NCBI GenBank assembly: GCA_031555055.1
Contig: JAVBUT010000004.1
Coordinates: 13,741-77,740 of the forward strand
DNA: 64,000 nt
Reading direction: 5' to 3'
Source: Alphaproteobacteria bacterium
GTDB taxonomy: Bacteria; Pseudomonadota; Alphaproteobacteria; Rs-D84
Shown here: piece by piece, positions 26,945 to 34,722 of the stretch
How positions within the stretch are numbered: the first letter of the stretch is position 1
Layout: every line of letters begins with the position of its first letter
Translations under genes and position numbers: made by a program
Notes under the pieces: generated by a model
Database searches by the model: none
The model's input: the letters and a program-made list of their open reading frames with translations, nothing else
Told to the model about the DNA's origin: nothing

Positions 26945-27137
26945 AATCAAGACCGCCCTTTTGGCCCAATTTAGGAGAGAGAGTAAAAAGGGCGGTTGGA
27001 GGTTTCTAACTATGCTAGATAGTGCGCCTTATTTGTGCAAGCACTTATTCGGCAGCCCTCCAACCGAGGTTGGAGCTGTTTTACGCCGGGCCCGGCGCTA
27101 GCATGGGTTAGAACACCCAACAGCAATCTCTTGCTGC
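26945..27137 (-). ncRNA. Candidate structured RNA or 5' leader (about 190 nt)
   Basis: Minus-strand TTGGAA-18-TATAAT at 27173..27144. Several mutually consistent helices: ttctaac/gttagaa, atgctag/ctagcat, a cgccgg-gc-ccggcg hairpin, and ctccaac-cucg-guuggag. Ends in the hairpin 26952..26996 followed by a U-rich tract. Confidence 0.3.
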
Positions 27138-27188
27138 TCTAACATTATATCTTATATTTTTCGTATTTTCCAATAGATTATTAAAATA

Positions 27189-27842
27189 TTAAAACAAATC
27201 AGAGACGTTGCAGATCGTGCGCAACTGACGTGATGATATAGTTTGCAATTCGTCCCCGACCAGCTTGTATACGGTGCGTACCGCCGGCGTCGGCGTATCC
27301 CACGTTTCGGACCATTCGCGCGATATTTTCGTCACCTGGAAACTGGGGGCGAGCGTAAAGCGCAGTTTTTGCAATGCGCAATCCGCGCCTTCGACGGTTC
27401 TGAATCCAGCGGGCGTTATGTCAATAAATCCGGCCGATGTGTTCAGTTCGATCTTGTATTCGTCATAGTAATGGTCTGTTCCGTTTTCAATGTGGTCGCG
27501 TGTTATGCGGTCGCGCAGGCCGTCATTGTTGATGTCGATATTCCACATGTCGCGCGATGCGATTCCCGCCCCGAATTCGTCCAGCTTGTATTCTGTTGTT
27601 GATCCAGGATTTTTCAACCCGTCGTCAAATGGATAGTTCCCGGCGTCGTGCGGCTGTGCGCGGCGCGGCGCGGATGCTTGTTCTGTTTCGATATATGGCG
27701 TGGTCTGTGTGTCTGATTTCGGTGAACGGTTTGTCATAAATGTGTACGCCATAAATCCCAGTATTAAAAACACTATGACTATCAGCACGACCAACCATGT
27801 GCCGCGTGATTTTGTTGAAGATGTTGCAACGAATTCAGCCAT
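27189..27842 (-). CDS. Membrane-anchored protein with DxNxDGxxD calcium-binding-like loop, unknown function
   Basis: N-terminal TM helix WLVVLIVIVFLILGFMAYTF. DINNDGLRDRI resembles an FG-GAP or EF-hand-like loop. Third gene of a tightly packed three-gene operon. Confidence 0.6.
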   Translation of the reverse strand: MAEFVATSSTKSRGTWLVVLIVIVFLILGFMAYTFMTNRSPKSDTQTTPYIETEQASAPRRAQPHDAGNYPFDDGLKNPGSTTEYKLDEFGAGIASRDMWNIDINNDGLRDRITRDHIENGTDHYYDEYKIELNTSAGFIDITPAGFRTVEGADCALQKLRFTLAPSFQVTKISREWSETWDTPTPAVRTVYKLVGDELQTISSRQLRTICNVSDLF

Positions 27843-27845
27843 GTT

Positions 27846-28877
27846 TTATATCCTTTGTTCGGTGCCCGGTTTCCAGCCTTCGACCTGCATGATCGCGTTT
27901 ACAACGCTTTGCAGTTGCGTGTCCGACAGCGTGTTCATCCGTGTGTTTACCGACATGCCGGTCAGCTGTTCCATGCGTCTGTGATACGCGGCCGTATCGT
28001 TTTCGGACGGTGGTGCGTAACGGCTGATTGCGCCGCCCACAGTCAGTGTGTTATAGCTTTTGCTTTTCAGCAATTCCTTGATCGCGTTGGCACCGGTGTA
28101 TTCGTCAGGAAATACCGCGAATCCGCCCGCAGACCCGATTGCGCCCATGCGTCGCGTAAAGTCGGTATAGCGCATGTTGCCGGGATTCTTGTTTCGCCAT
28201 GCGCGGGTGCCACCGCTGCGCTTGTACCGCGTGCCGTCGTGGTTGGTGTATATGACTTCATTATTCGACGCGCCGGCCATCTGTGCAGGCGCGCTCATGT
28301 TATCATTTCTGTGCGCGCCGGACGCAATGCCTGTGCCGCCGGACACTGATACCGGTATCGGTTCGATATTGCCGCCACCGGCCGCCGGCAATGCGGCGTA
28401 TGGCGCGTCGTTCGGCGACATTGCGGCCATGGCCAAATCCGCCGCGCCGGAATCGTATATGTCGAATTCTTCGTACAGGTCGTTTTCGTTATACTTTTTT
28501 AATTTTGCGTTTCGTGTGTCCAATATTTTTTGGATGTCTGCGATGGAGACTTTTATCGTCTTGCATCCGCGCGCGAAAATATCGTCGCCATATATCAGGT
28601 TTACAATCGGCTTTACCGCCGCCAGAATTCCAAATATCAGGAACAGGTTGCGTATGTTCGTCGCGATGTCGGTCTTGGCGCCGCGGATCATCGATATCGC
28701 CCATCCGAACAATAACAGGCCGGCGATAAAGCTGATCGCGATCCATGTGTAATTTATGAACGCTTCAAAACTGCGTAAAATACAAGAAGGGTCTTCGAGA
28801 ATAATAAACTGACTGTCCGACCCCAGCACGTTAAAGCCAGAGTTTTTTAGCAGTCTAAGAATCGTATCGGTGTTCAT
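27846..28877 (-). CDS. Two-TM membrane protein with conserved-looking C-terminal soluble domain (WRNKNPGNMRY motif), unknown function
   Basis: TM helices WIAISFIAGLLLFGWAISMI and NLFLIFGILAAVKPIVNLI, a Gly/Ala linker, and a C-terminal domain of about 150 aa. Lies 3 nt from the downstream gene and 4 nt from the upstream gene. Confidence 0.6.
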   Translation of the reverse strand: MNTDTILRLLKNSGFNVLGSDSQFIILEDPSCILRSFEAFINYTWIAISFIAGLLLFGWAISMIRGAKTDIATNIRNLFLIFGILAAVKPIVNLIYGDDIFARGCKTIKVSIADIQKILDTRNAKLKKYNENDLYEEFDIYDSGAADLAMAAMSPNDAPYAALPAAGGGNIEPIPVSVSGGTGIASGAHRNDNMSAPAQMAGASNNEVIYTNHDGTRYKRSGGTRAWRNKNPGNMRYTDFTRRMGAIGSAGGFAVFPDEYTGANAIKELLKSKSYNTLTVGGAISRYAPPSENDTAAYHRRMEQLTGMSVNTRMNTLSDTQLQSVVNAIMQVEGWKPGTEQRI

Positions 28878-28881
28878 TCAT

Positions 28882-29802
28882 TTATTTTTTCGATGCGGTT
28901 GTAAAAAATCCCGGGATCGAAAATTCGTCGTCATTCGCGGCGATCCCGGCCCATCCAAACAGATCGCCCATCAAGCCGGATTCTTCGCGTTTTGCCTTTT
29001 TAAACGGCAGAATATTTTTCAACTTTCCAATTTTTCCGGCGGATTCGGATTTCGGCGCTGGCGCGGATATGTCTTGGTTGGATGCAAATTCCGCGGCCAG
29101 TTTTTCCAATGTCGCGTCGGTGTCATCCATTATAACTTCGGGTTCCTGGGGCGCGATTATATTTTCCAAGCCGTGATCTTCGCGTAATGGGGCGATTTTT
29201 TCAAACAGCTTTTCCAATGTTTTTTCTTCCGGTTCCGACGGTGCGTCATCGGTCATGATGTCTGCGATCGCAATGGTTTCGGTCGTGACAGTCGGTGTTT
29301 CGGAATGCGCGTCGTGAATGGTAACTTTTTCGACAACAACGCTTTCGATTGTAACGTCGTCATTGATTTCCATTTCCGGTTCTTCTTTTTTACCGGACAG
29401 TATGGATAAAATTGGGATTATTTTTTCGGATTCCGGTGCAGCTTCTGCGACAGTATCCGTTGTAATTTCGATCTGGTCCGGTGTAATATTTTCGGCGATT
29501 GGTTCGTCAGTCTTTTTCGATTTGACGGTGGTTTTGCGGGATTTTTTCTTTGGCGCGTCAATGATTATCTGTGGTTCTGTTTCATCCAGAATGTCCAGTT
29601 CTTCGATTTCTGGCGCGGTGATCGTCATCGGTTCCGGTATTTTTACCGTCGCCAGGCCGGCATCATCAGAATCCACGGGCACGCCAAATAAAACGGTGTC
29701 CGCGGATAGGTTCAGCGCCCCGCGCACTTCGTCAAAAGCGGCGCGTATGTCCGCCGCGTCAAAGATTTCATTCCCAGAAATATAGATGATCTTGGTCTTC
29801 AT
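28882..29802 (-). CDS. Highly acidic hypothetical protein
   Basis: 306 aa, rich in Asp/Glu/Pro/Thr/Ile, no TM segment. First gene of the three-gene operon. Confidence 0.55.
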   Translation of the reverse strand: MKTKIIYISGNEIFDAADIRAAFDEVRGALNLSADTVLFGVPVDSDDAGLATVKIPEPMTITAPEIEELDILDETEPQIIIDAPKKKSRKTTVKSKKTDEPIAENITPDQIEITTDTVAEAAPESEKIIPILSILSGKKEEPEMEINDDVTIESVVVEKVTIHDAHSETPTVTTETIAIADIMTDDAPSEPEEKTLEKLFEKIAPLREDHGLENIIAPQEPEVIMDDTDATLEKLAAEFASNQDISAPAPKSESAGKIGKLKNILPFKKAKREESGLMGDLFGWAGIAANDDEFSIPGFFTTASKK

Positions 29803-29875
29803 AAAGCTCCCCCCGGATACTGCCGGATCATTATATCACATTTTGCCATTGAACGCATATAAAAAATAATATAAA

Positions 29876-30091
29876 ATGCATAATATGACAGAATTAAAAC
29901 AGCAAATATTGAAAGAGCTGAACGCGCTGGAAGACGCAGTGTTGAAACTGCGCGGTGTTGCGGCGGTCGCCGGAAAACAAACCGATCTGGAAGTAGCGAT
30001 CTTGACCGAACAAGTGCGGGCATTGCGTGAAAAAAATGATACAGCCGCAAAAATGGTCGACAAGTCCATATCAATATTAAAAAAACTGTAG
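29876..30091 (+). CDS. Small coiled-coil protein upstream of zapA (DUF4164/ZauP-like position)
   Basis: 71 aa with heptad-like LKQQILKELNALEDAVLKL...LREKNDTAAKMVDKSISILKKL. In alphaproteobacteria a coiled-coil gene typically precedes zapA. Confidence 0.5.
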   Translation: MHNMTELKQQILKELNALEDAVLKLRGVAAVAGKQTDLEVAILTEQVRALREKNDTAAKMVDKSISILKKL

Positions 30092-30151
30092 TGGGCGAAT
30101 TATATTCGCCTTGGGGCGTGTGTGTACGCCTCTACAAAAATTGGAAGTATA

Positions 30152-30424
30152 ATGAGCGTCGTATCAATACCAATTGTTAACAAAAGCTATTCCATGGGAT
30201 GTGAAGACGGCCAAGAAGCGCGTCTGATCGAACTGGGGAAAATGGTGGATGCGCGCGCGCGCGAAATTCTGGACAAGATCGGACCGCTGCCGGAAAATTC
30301 GCTGTTGGCGACGCTGTGCATTGTCTTGGCGGACGAGGTTAATTCCCGCCCCCGCGTCAGCGATGAAGGCGAATTAAAAGAAATACTGGCCAGAATCCGC
30401 CAGATTAAAAACAAGATTGGTTAA
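30152..30424 (+). CDS. zapA: Cell division protein ZapA
   Basis: Start MSVVSIPIVNKSYSMGCEDGQEARLIELGKMVDARAREI matches the ZapA N-terminal pattern (v.v.I.g..Y.l.c...qe..l..la..vd). 90 aa. Confidence 0.75.
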   Translation: MSVVSIPIVNKSYSMGCEDGQEARLIELGKMVDARAREILDKIGPLPENSLLATLCIVLADEVNSRPRVSDEGELKEILARIRQIKNKIG

Positions 30425-30450
30425 AATCCCGCGAACGCGGGATTTTTTTT
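30423..30450 (+). terminator. Rho-independent terminator after zapA
   Basis: aaaaTCCCGCgaacGCGGGAtttttttt. Confidence 0.9.
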
Positions 30451-30645
30451 GACTTTCGCTTTTGGTAAAGCTTTCGAATGTATATAGAAAACTATTGATT
30501 ATTGGACATAATTCAATTAAAATTACGCATGCATTGATGTAATTTTATTACATGGCATGGAGATGTGGCAACGTTTGTTGTTTTTCAATTTCCAGCCGCA
30601 TAAAAACCCGGTGGCTTTTTTATTTTATGAAAATAGGGGATCCAA

Positions 30646-31176
30646 TTGATATACAGAATCATATTGGTGTTAATCATTAATATTCTTGGCGCTTCGTCCG
30701 TTTATGCGAACGATTTTACAATCCAGAATATCGGCACCGCACTGCAGGTAATTGTTCCTGCATACGCGGCCGGTATGGCGATGCAGGAAGAAGGATGGCA
30801 AGGCGTGCTGGAATTTTCTGGATCATTTGCCGGCACCATGGCGACAGTGGAAATTTTAAAAGAAACGACACATGAAACCCGGCCTAATGGTGCCGACGAC
30901 AAATCATTCCCCAGCGGGCATGCCGCTGCTGCGTTTTCCGGCGCAACGTTCATTCACGCCAGATATGGTTGGAAGCGGGCGCTGGTGCCGTATGCCGCCG
31001 CTACATTCGTGGCGTATTCCCGTGTGCAAAGCGGATGGCATTATACCCATGACGTTGTTGCCAGCGCGATAATCGCGGCCGCATGGAGCTTTTTAATCAC
31101 AACAAAATATAAACCACCGATTACGGTTTCTGCCGATACTTCGGGATTCATGGTATCCGGCAGGGTTCAGTTTTAA
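30646..31176 (+). CDS. PAP2-family phosphatase (lipid phosphate or lipid A phosphatase-like)
   Basis: TTG start after AGGGGA, with a signal or anchor sequence. PAP2 motifs KETTHETRP, PSGHAAAAF and SRVQSGWHYTHDV are present. Confidence 0.85.
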   Translation: MIYRIILVLIINILGASSVYANDFTIQNIGTALQVIVPAYAAGMAMQEEGWQGVLEFSGSFAGTMATVEILKETTHETRPNGADDKSFPSGHAAAAFSGATFIHARYGWKRALVPYAAATFVAYSRVQSGWHYTHDVVASAIIAAAWSFLITTKYKPPITVSADTSGFMVSGRVQF

Positions 31177-31280
31177 TGATAGATTCCGATATTTCTAGGT
31201 GCGCATTTTTGTGCGAGAGAAAATAAAACCCTCCCCGTTTTTTGGCGGTGCAAAAAAACACCCCTCCGTCAGAGGGGAAT

Positions 31281-31301
31281 TTATCTGGTGGCCTTGATCG
31301 G
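31281..31301 (-). repeat. Orphan copy of the tRNA-Leu(CAA) 3' end (oldest)
   Basis: ttatctggtggccttgatcgg matches the acceptor 3' strand plus CCA of the tRNA at 31670. Flanked by the hairpin cacccctccgtcagaggggaa. Confidence 0.75.
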
Positions 31302-31462
31302 CCCCGGCCTGGCCCCACCCACGAAAATTTTCAATTTCCGTGGGGCCCGTGGTGCCGGGGTGACAACAAATTGCTGACGCAATTTATTTCCACAACTGCG
31401 TTGTGTAAATATTCCGATCAATTCCTATTTCAGAAACAAAAAACCACCGCAAGGGTGGTTTT

Positions 31463-31488
31463 TTATTTCTGGTGGCCTTGATCGGAAT
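31463..31488 (-). repeat. Orphan copy of the tRNA-Leu(CAA) 3' end plus flank
   Basis: ttatttctggtggccttgatcggaat is identical to 31663..31688, exactly 200 bp away. Preceded by its own terminator hairpin aaaccacccgcaagggtggtttttt. Confidence 0.85.
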
Positions 31489-31669
31489 GTTCGCCTGCGC
31501 TGTGCGCACCGTGGCTAAACGCCACTGGCTCACCATTCCCAGTGTTTCACTGCGCCGCTGGCATATGCGGCTTGTGAAACTTTGCTCTTATGCGAACCGA
31601 TCGGTTCGATTGCATATTCTAAACCACAAAAATAAAAGAATGACCCAAAAAGGGTCATTCTTTTATTTC

Positions 31670-31754
31670 TGGTGGCCTTGATCGGAATCGAACCGATACT
31701 CCTTTCAGAACTTGATTTTGAGTCAAGCGCGTCTACCAGTTCCGCCACAAGGCC
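31670..31754 (-). tRNA. tRNA-Leu (anticodon CAA)
   Basis: Minus strand: acceptor GGCCTTG/CAAGGCC, anticodon arm CTTGA-CTCAAAA-TCAAG, long variable arm, T arm ATCGG-TTCGATT-CCGAT, encoded CCA. Confidence 0.92.
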
Positions 31755-31826
31755 AGAACAGGAATCAGTTTTAAGTTATCAGAAATCAGTATTATAAAAT
31801 CTGATTCCTGGTTCCTGATTCCTTGT
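31755..31826. repeat. Heptanucleotide-repeat block with internal inversion (caggaat cagtttt ... ctgattc ctggttc ctgattc)
   Basis: 7-nt periodicity readable by eye. The two halves are reverse complements. Lies between the rpmB stop and the tRNA-Leu 5' end. Confidence 0.75.
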
Positions 31827-32192
31827 TTACTTTTTCTTTGCTGCGACTTTTTTAACCAAGCGTGCGCTGCGTGCCGGTTTGCGGACAGGTTTCGCAGCCG
31901 GTTTTGCCGGTTTGCCCTGTTTCTTGTCGATCGCTTTTTTAACGGCGGCCATTTCCGGCGTCAGACGGGAAATAGGCTTTGCCATTACATAGGCGTCCAA
32001 ACCGCCGTGCTTGGTCAATGTGCGCAGACCACTGGTCGAAATGCGCAGTGAGAAATCGCGTCCCAAAATATCGCTGTGGAACTTTAAAATCTGCAAATTC
32101 GGCAGAAAAGTGCGCTTTGTGCGGCGATGAGAGTGGGATACGTTCATCCCAACCTGGGTTTTTTTACCTGTAACCTTACATACACGTGGCAT
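31827..32192 (-). CDS. rpmB: 50S ribosomal protein L28 with Lys/Ala/Pro-rich C-terminal tail
   Basis: MPRVCKVTGKKTQVGMNVSHSHRRTKRTFLPNLQ is the canonical L28 N-terminus (ATG at 32192; the track ORF start at 32339 is spurious). The tail reads KKQGKPAKPAAKPVRKPARSARLVKKVAAKKK. Confidence 0.93.
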   Translation of the reverse strand: MPRVCKVTGKKTQVGMNVSHSHRRTKRTFLPNLQILKFHSDILGRDFSLRISTSGLRTLTKHGGLDAYVMAKPISRLTPEMAAVKKAIDKKQGKPAKPAAKPVRKPARSARLVKKVAAKKK

Positions 32193-32284
32193 AGTATAAT
32201 CCTTTAATTGCTGGCATAATCTATAATAAAAAAGATTGAAAGTCAAGAAATAATAACTATATCGGGTGAAAAAGAGGTGTGAAT

Positions 32285-34342
32285 ATGAACCCAGACGAAA
32301 TGCAGGAAACGCCAGAGCAGGCAATCGCGAAATACACAACTGACTTTACAAAACTGGCTGCGGACGGCAAACTGGACCCTGTGATTGGGCGCGATGAAGA
32401 AATCCGCCGCACGATCCAGGTCTTGTCGCGCAGAACCAAAAACAACCCGGTTCTGATCGGCAACCCCGGTGTTGGTAAAACCGCGATCGTCGAAGGACTG
32501 GCCAATCGTATCATATCGGGTGACGTGCCGGAAAATCTGTTAAAGAAAAAACTGTTGTCGCTGGATATGGGTGCGCTGATGGCGGGCGCGATGTTCCGCG
32601 GACAATTCGAAGGACGTTTAAAAGCAATACTGAAAGCGGTCAAGGATTCCGACGGCCAGATTATCTTATTCATCGACGAACTGCATACTATGGTCGGGGC
32701 AGGCAAGGGCGAAGGGTCCATGGATGCCGGCAACTTGCTGAAACCGATGCTGGCGCGCGGAGAGCTGCACTGTCTGGGGGCGACAACGCTGGACGAATAT
32801 CGCCAGTATATCGAAAAAGACCCGGCATTGGCGCGACGCTTTCAGCCCGTCTATGTCGATGAACCGACTGTGGATGATTCAATATCAATTCTGCGCGGGT
32901 TAAAGGAAAAATACGAAGGACATCACGGCGTGCGTATAGCCGACGCCGCGATTGTGGCCGCTGTGCGATTGTCTGACCGCTATATCACGGACCGATTTCT
33001 GCCGGACAAGGCAATCGACCTGATGGACGAAGCCGCCGCGCGTGTTCGTATCGAAATCGCTTCAAAGCCGGAAAAACTTGATGAAGTCGACCGCCAGCTG
33101 ATGCAATTAAAAATAGAGCACCAGGCGCTGAAAAAAGAAAAAGACGAATAATCAAAAAAACGCCTGAAAGACTTGGAAAAATTAATTGAAAAATATGATG
33201 CCGAATCAAAAAATCTGACTGGGCACTGGCGCGATGAACAAAAGAAAATGCACGGGCTGTCTGACGCAATGGCTGCACTGGACGCGGCCAAGGCCGAAGT
33301 AGCAATCGCAATGCGAAACGGCGATTTTGAAAAAGCATCCGCGCTGCAGTATGGAAAAATCCCAGAACTGGAATCGGATATACAAAAGCTGAACACGGAA
33401 TCGCGCGAATATAAAACCGTATTGCCGGAACATATCGCAGCCGTAGTGTCCAAATGGACCGGTGTGCCGGCGGACAAGCTAAGTACCGAAGAACAATCAA
33501 AGCTGATGAATATCGAAGACGAACTGCGCAAACGCGTCGTAGGCCAGGATCACGCACTGAACATTATCGCGCGCGCCATACGTCGTTCACGCGCCGGATT
33601 GTCTGATCCGCGCCGGCCGTCGGGATCATTCATGTTTCTGGGGCCGACGGGCGTTGGAAAAACCGAAGTGGCCAAGGCCCTGGCGGAATATCTGTTCAAC
33701 GATGACGCCGCCATGACGCGTATCGATATGTCCGAATATATGGAACCGCATTCCGTCGCGCGCCTGATTGGCTCGCCCCCGGGTTATGTCGGGTATGAAG
33801 CGGGTGGGGCGCTGACCGAAAGCGTGCGCCGGCGTCCGTACCAGGTTTTGCTGTTCGACGAAATCGAAAAGGCGCATCCGGATGTGTTCAATGTGTTTTT
33901 GCAGATTCTGGATGATGGTCGTCTGACAGACGGCCAGGGCCGTGTTGTGAACTTTACAAACACGATCATAATCATGACCAGCAATATCGGCGATATGGAT
34001 AAAGTGCGCAAACATTTCCGCCCGGAATTCATAAACCGAATTGATGAAATCATATTCTTTGATCAATTGGGCAAAAATGTTATGGACGACATTGTAAAAA
34101 TCCAGCTGCGCGGTTTGGAAAAACGTCTGGGCGAACGTCGCATAAATCTGCACGTGTCGGACAAGGCGATCGCATGGCTGGGCGAGCATGGATATGATCC
34201 GGTGTACGGTGCGCGACCGCTGCGCCGTCTGATCACGACCGAAGTCGAAGATAAAATCGCGGACCTGATTCTGACCGGCCGCGTGACAGACGGCACAACC
34301 GTCGGCGTGGATGTCAAAGGAAAGAATTTGGTTGTGGAATAA
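32285..34342 (+). pseudogene. clpB: ClpB disaggregase lacking the N-domain, interrupted by one in-frame TAA (33149..33151)
   Basis: Track ORFs 32279..33151 and 33173..34342 are in the same frame. Read-through gives ...LKKEKDE*SKKRLKDLEKL..., collinear with E. coli ...[20 protein letters not shown]. Both Walker A sites ([16 protein letters not shown]) and the coiled-coil M-domain are present. The protein starts at the position of the E. coli ClpB-80 internal start. Confidence 0.8.
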
Positions 34343-34344
34343 AA

Positions 34345-34453
34345 AAATTAAATATAACGGCGAATCTGGCGCGATTTATGGTGGCTCATGTACGTCTTGT
34401 ACACTACGCCACCATAAATCGCGCCATCTACACCGTTCTTTTTAATTTTTACA
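34345..34453 (+). repeat. Palindromic element of about 110 bp abutting a stop codon (family copy B)
   Basis: Starts 3 nt after the clpB TAA. Perfect 19-bp stem tggcgcgatttatggtggc / gccaccataaatcgcgcca. Differs from copy A by paired (compensatory) changes gg>at and cc>at. Confidence 0.85.
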
Positions 34454-34490
34454 TCCAAGATTCAAAGAATTGTTTTTTTATAAACCACGA

Positions 34491-34716
34491 TCTTATTTGT
34501 TTATACGAATTGTTTCTGCAGTACATGCCTCTTGCCGTCATACCGGCGAACGCCGGTATCCAGTAGTTTTAATTTTATATAAGATGATAAATACAAGGTC
34601 TTGAAACTTTATACTTCTGGACCCCGTCGTTCGACGGGGTGACGACAGGGGTGAAATGTTTTTATTTATTACAAAATACGAATATATTTTATTCAAAATA
34701 CAAATTTTGGGAAACA
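34491..34716 (+). repeat. Composite repeat of about 215-225 bp, copy 1
   Basis: Collinear with 58541..58753. Contains the hairpins ataccggcg-aa-cgccggtat and ccccgtcg-ttcga-cgggg and the conserved tail gaaatgtttttatttattacaaaatacgaat. Confidence 0.85.
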
Positions 34717-34722
34717 GATTTT

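Noticed and set aside
30451-30645. Possible 6S RNA (ssrS), because ssrS lies downstream of zapA in many proteobacteria.
   Set aside because: The region is very AT-rich. I could not find the long closing stem, the central bubble or a terminal stem. Only a 6-bp hairpin (aattac...gtaatt) is visible. It looks more like the promoter region for the PAP2 gene.
31255-31690. Two-piece (permuted) tmRNA or extra tRNA genes, suggested by the repeated ...GGCCACCA ends.
   Set aside because: The orphan copies lack a T arm (no GGTTCGA-type stem-loop precedes them). No alanine-type acceptor and no plausible tag ORF ending in ...AA were found. They are better explained as displaced tRNA-Leu 3' ends. They are also not a CRISPR array: the repeats are tRNA-derived, only 3 copies exist, and there are no cas genes.
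33149-33151. Stop-codon reassignment, suggested by the in-frame TAA in clpB and the stops in the GIY-YIG relic.
   Set aside because: TAA, TAG and TGA each terminate well-conserved genes at the expected ends (for example TAA in sodB and the OMP genes, TAG in nagZ, TGA in the Hsp70-like gene). The GIY-YIG relic contains all three stops. Ordinary pseudogenisation or sequencing error is the simpler reading.
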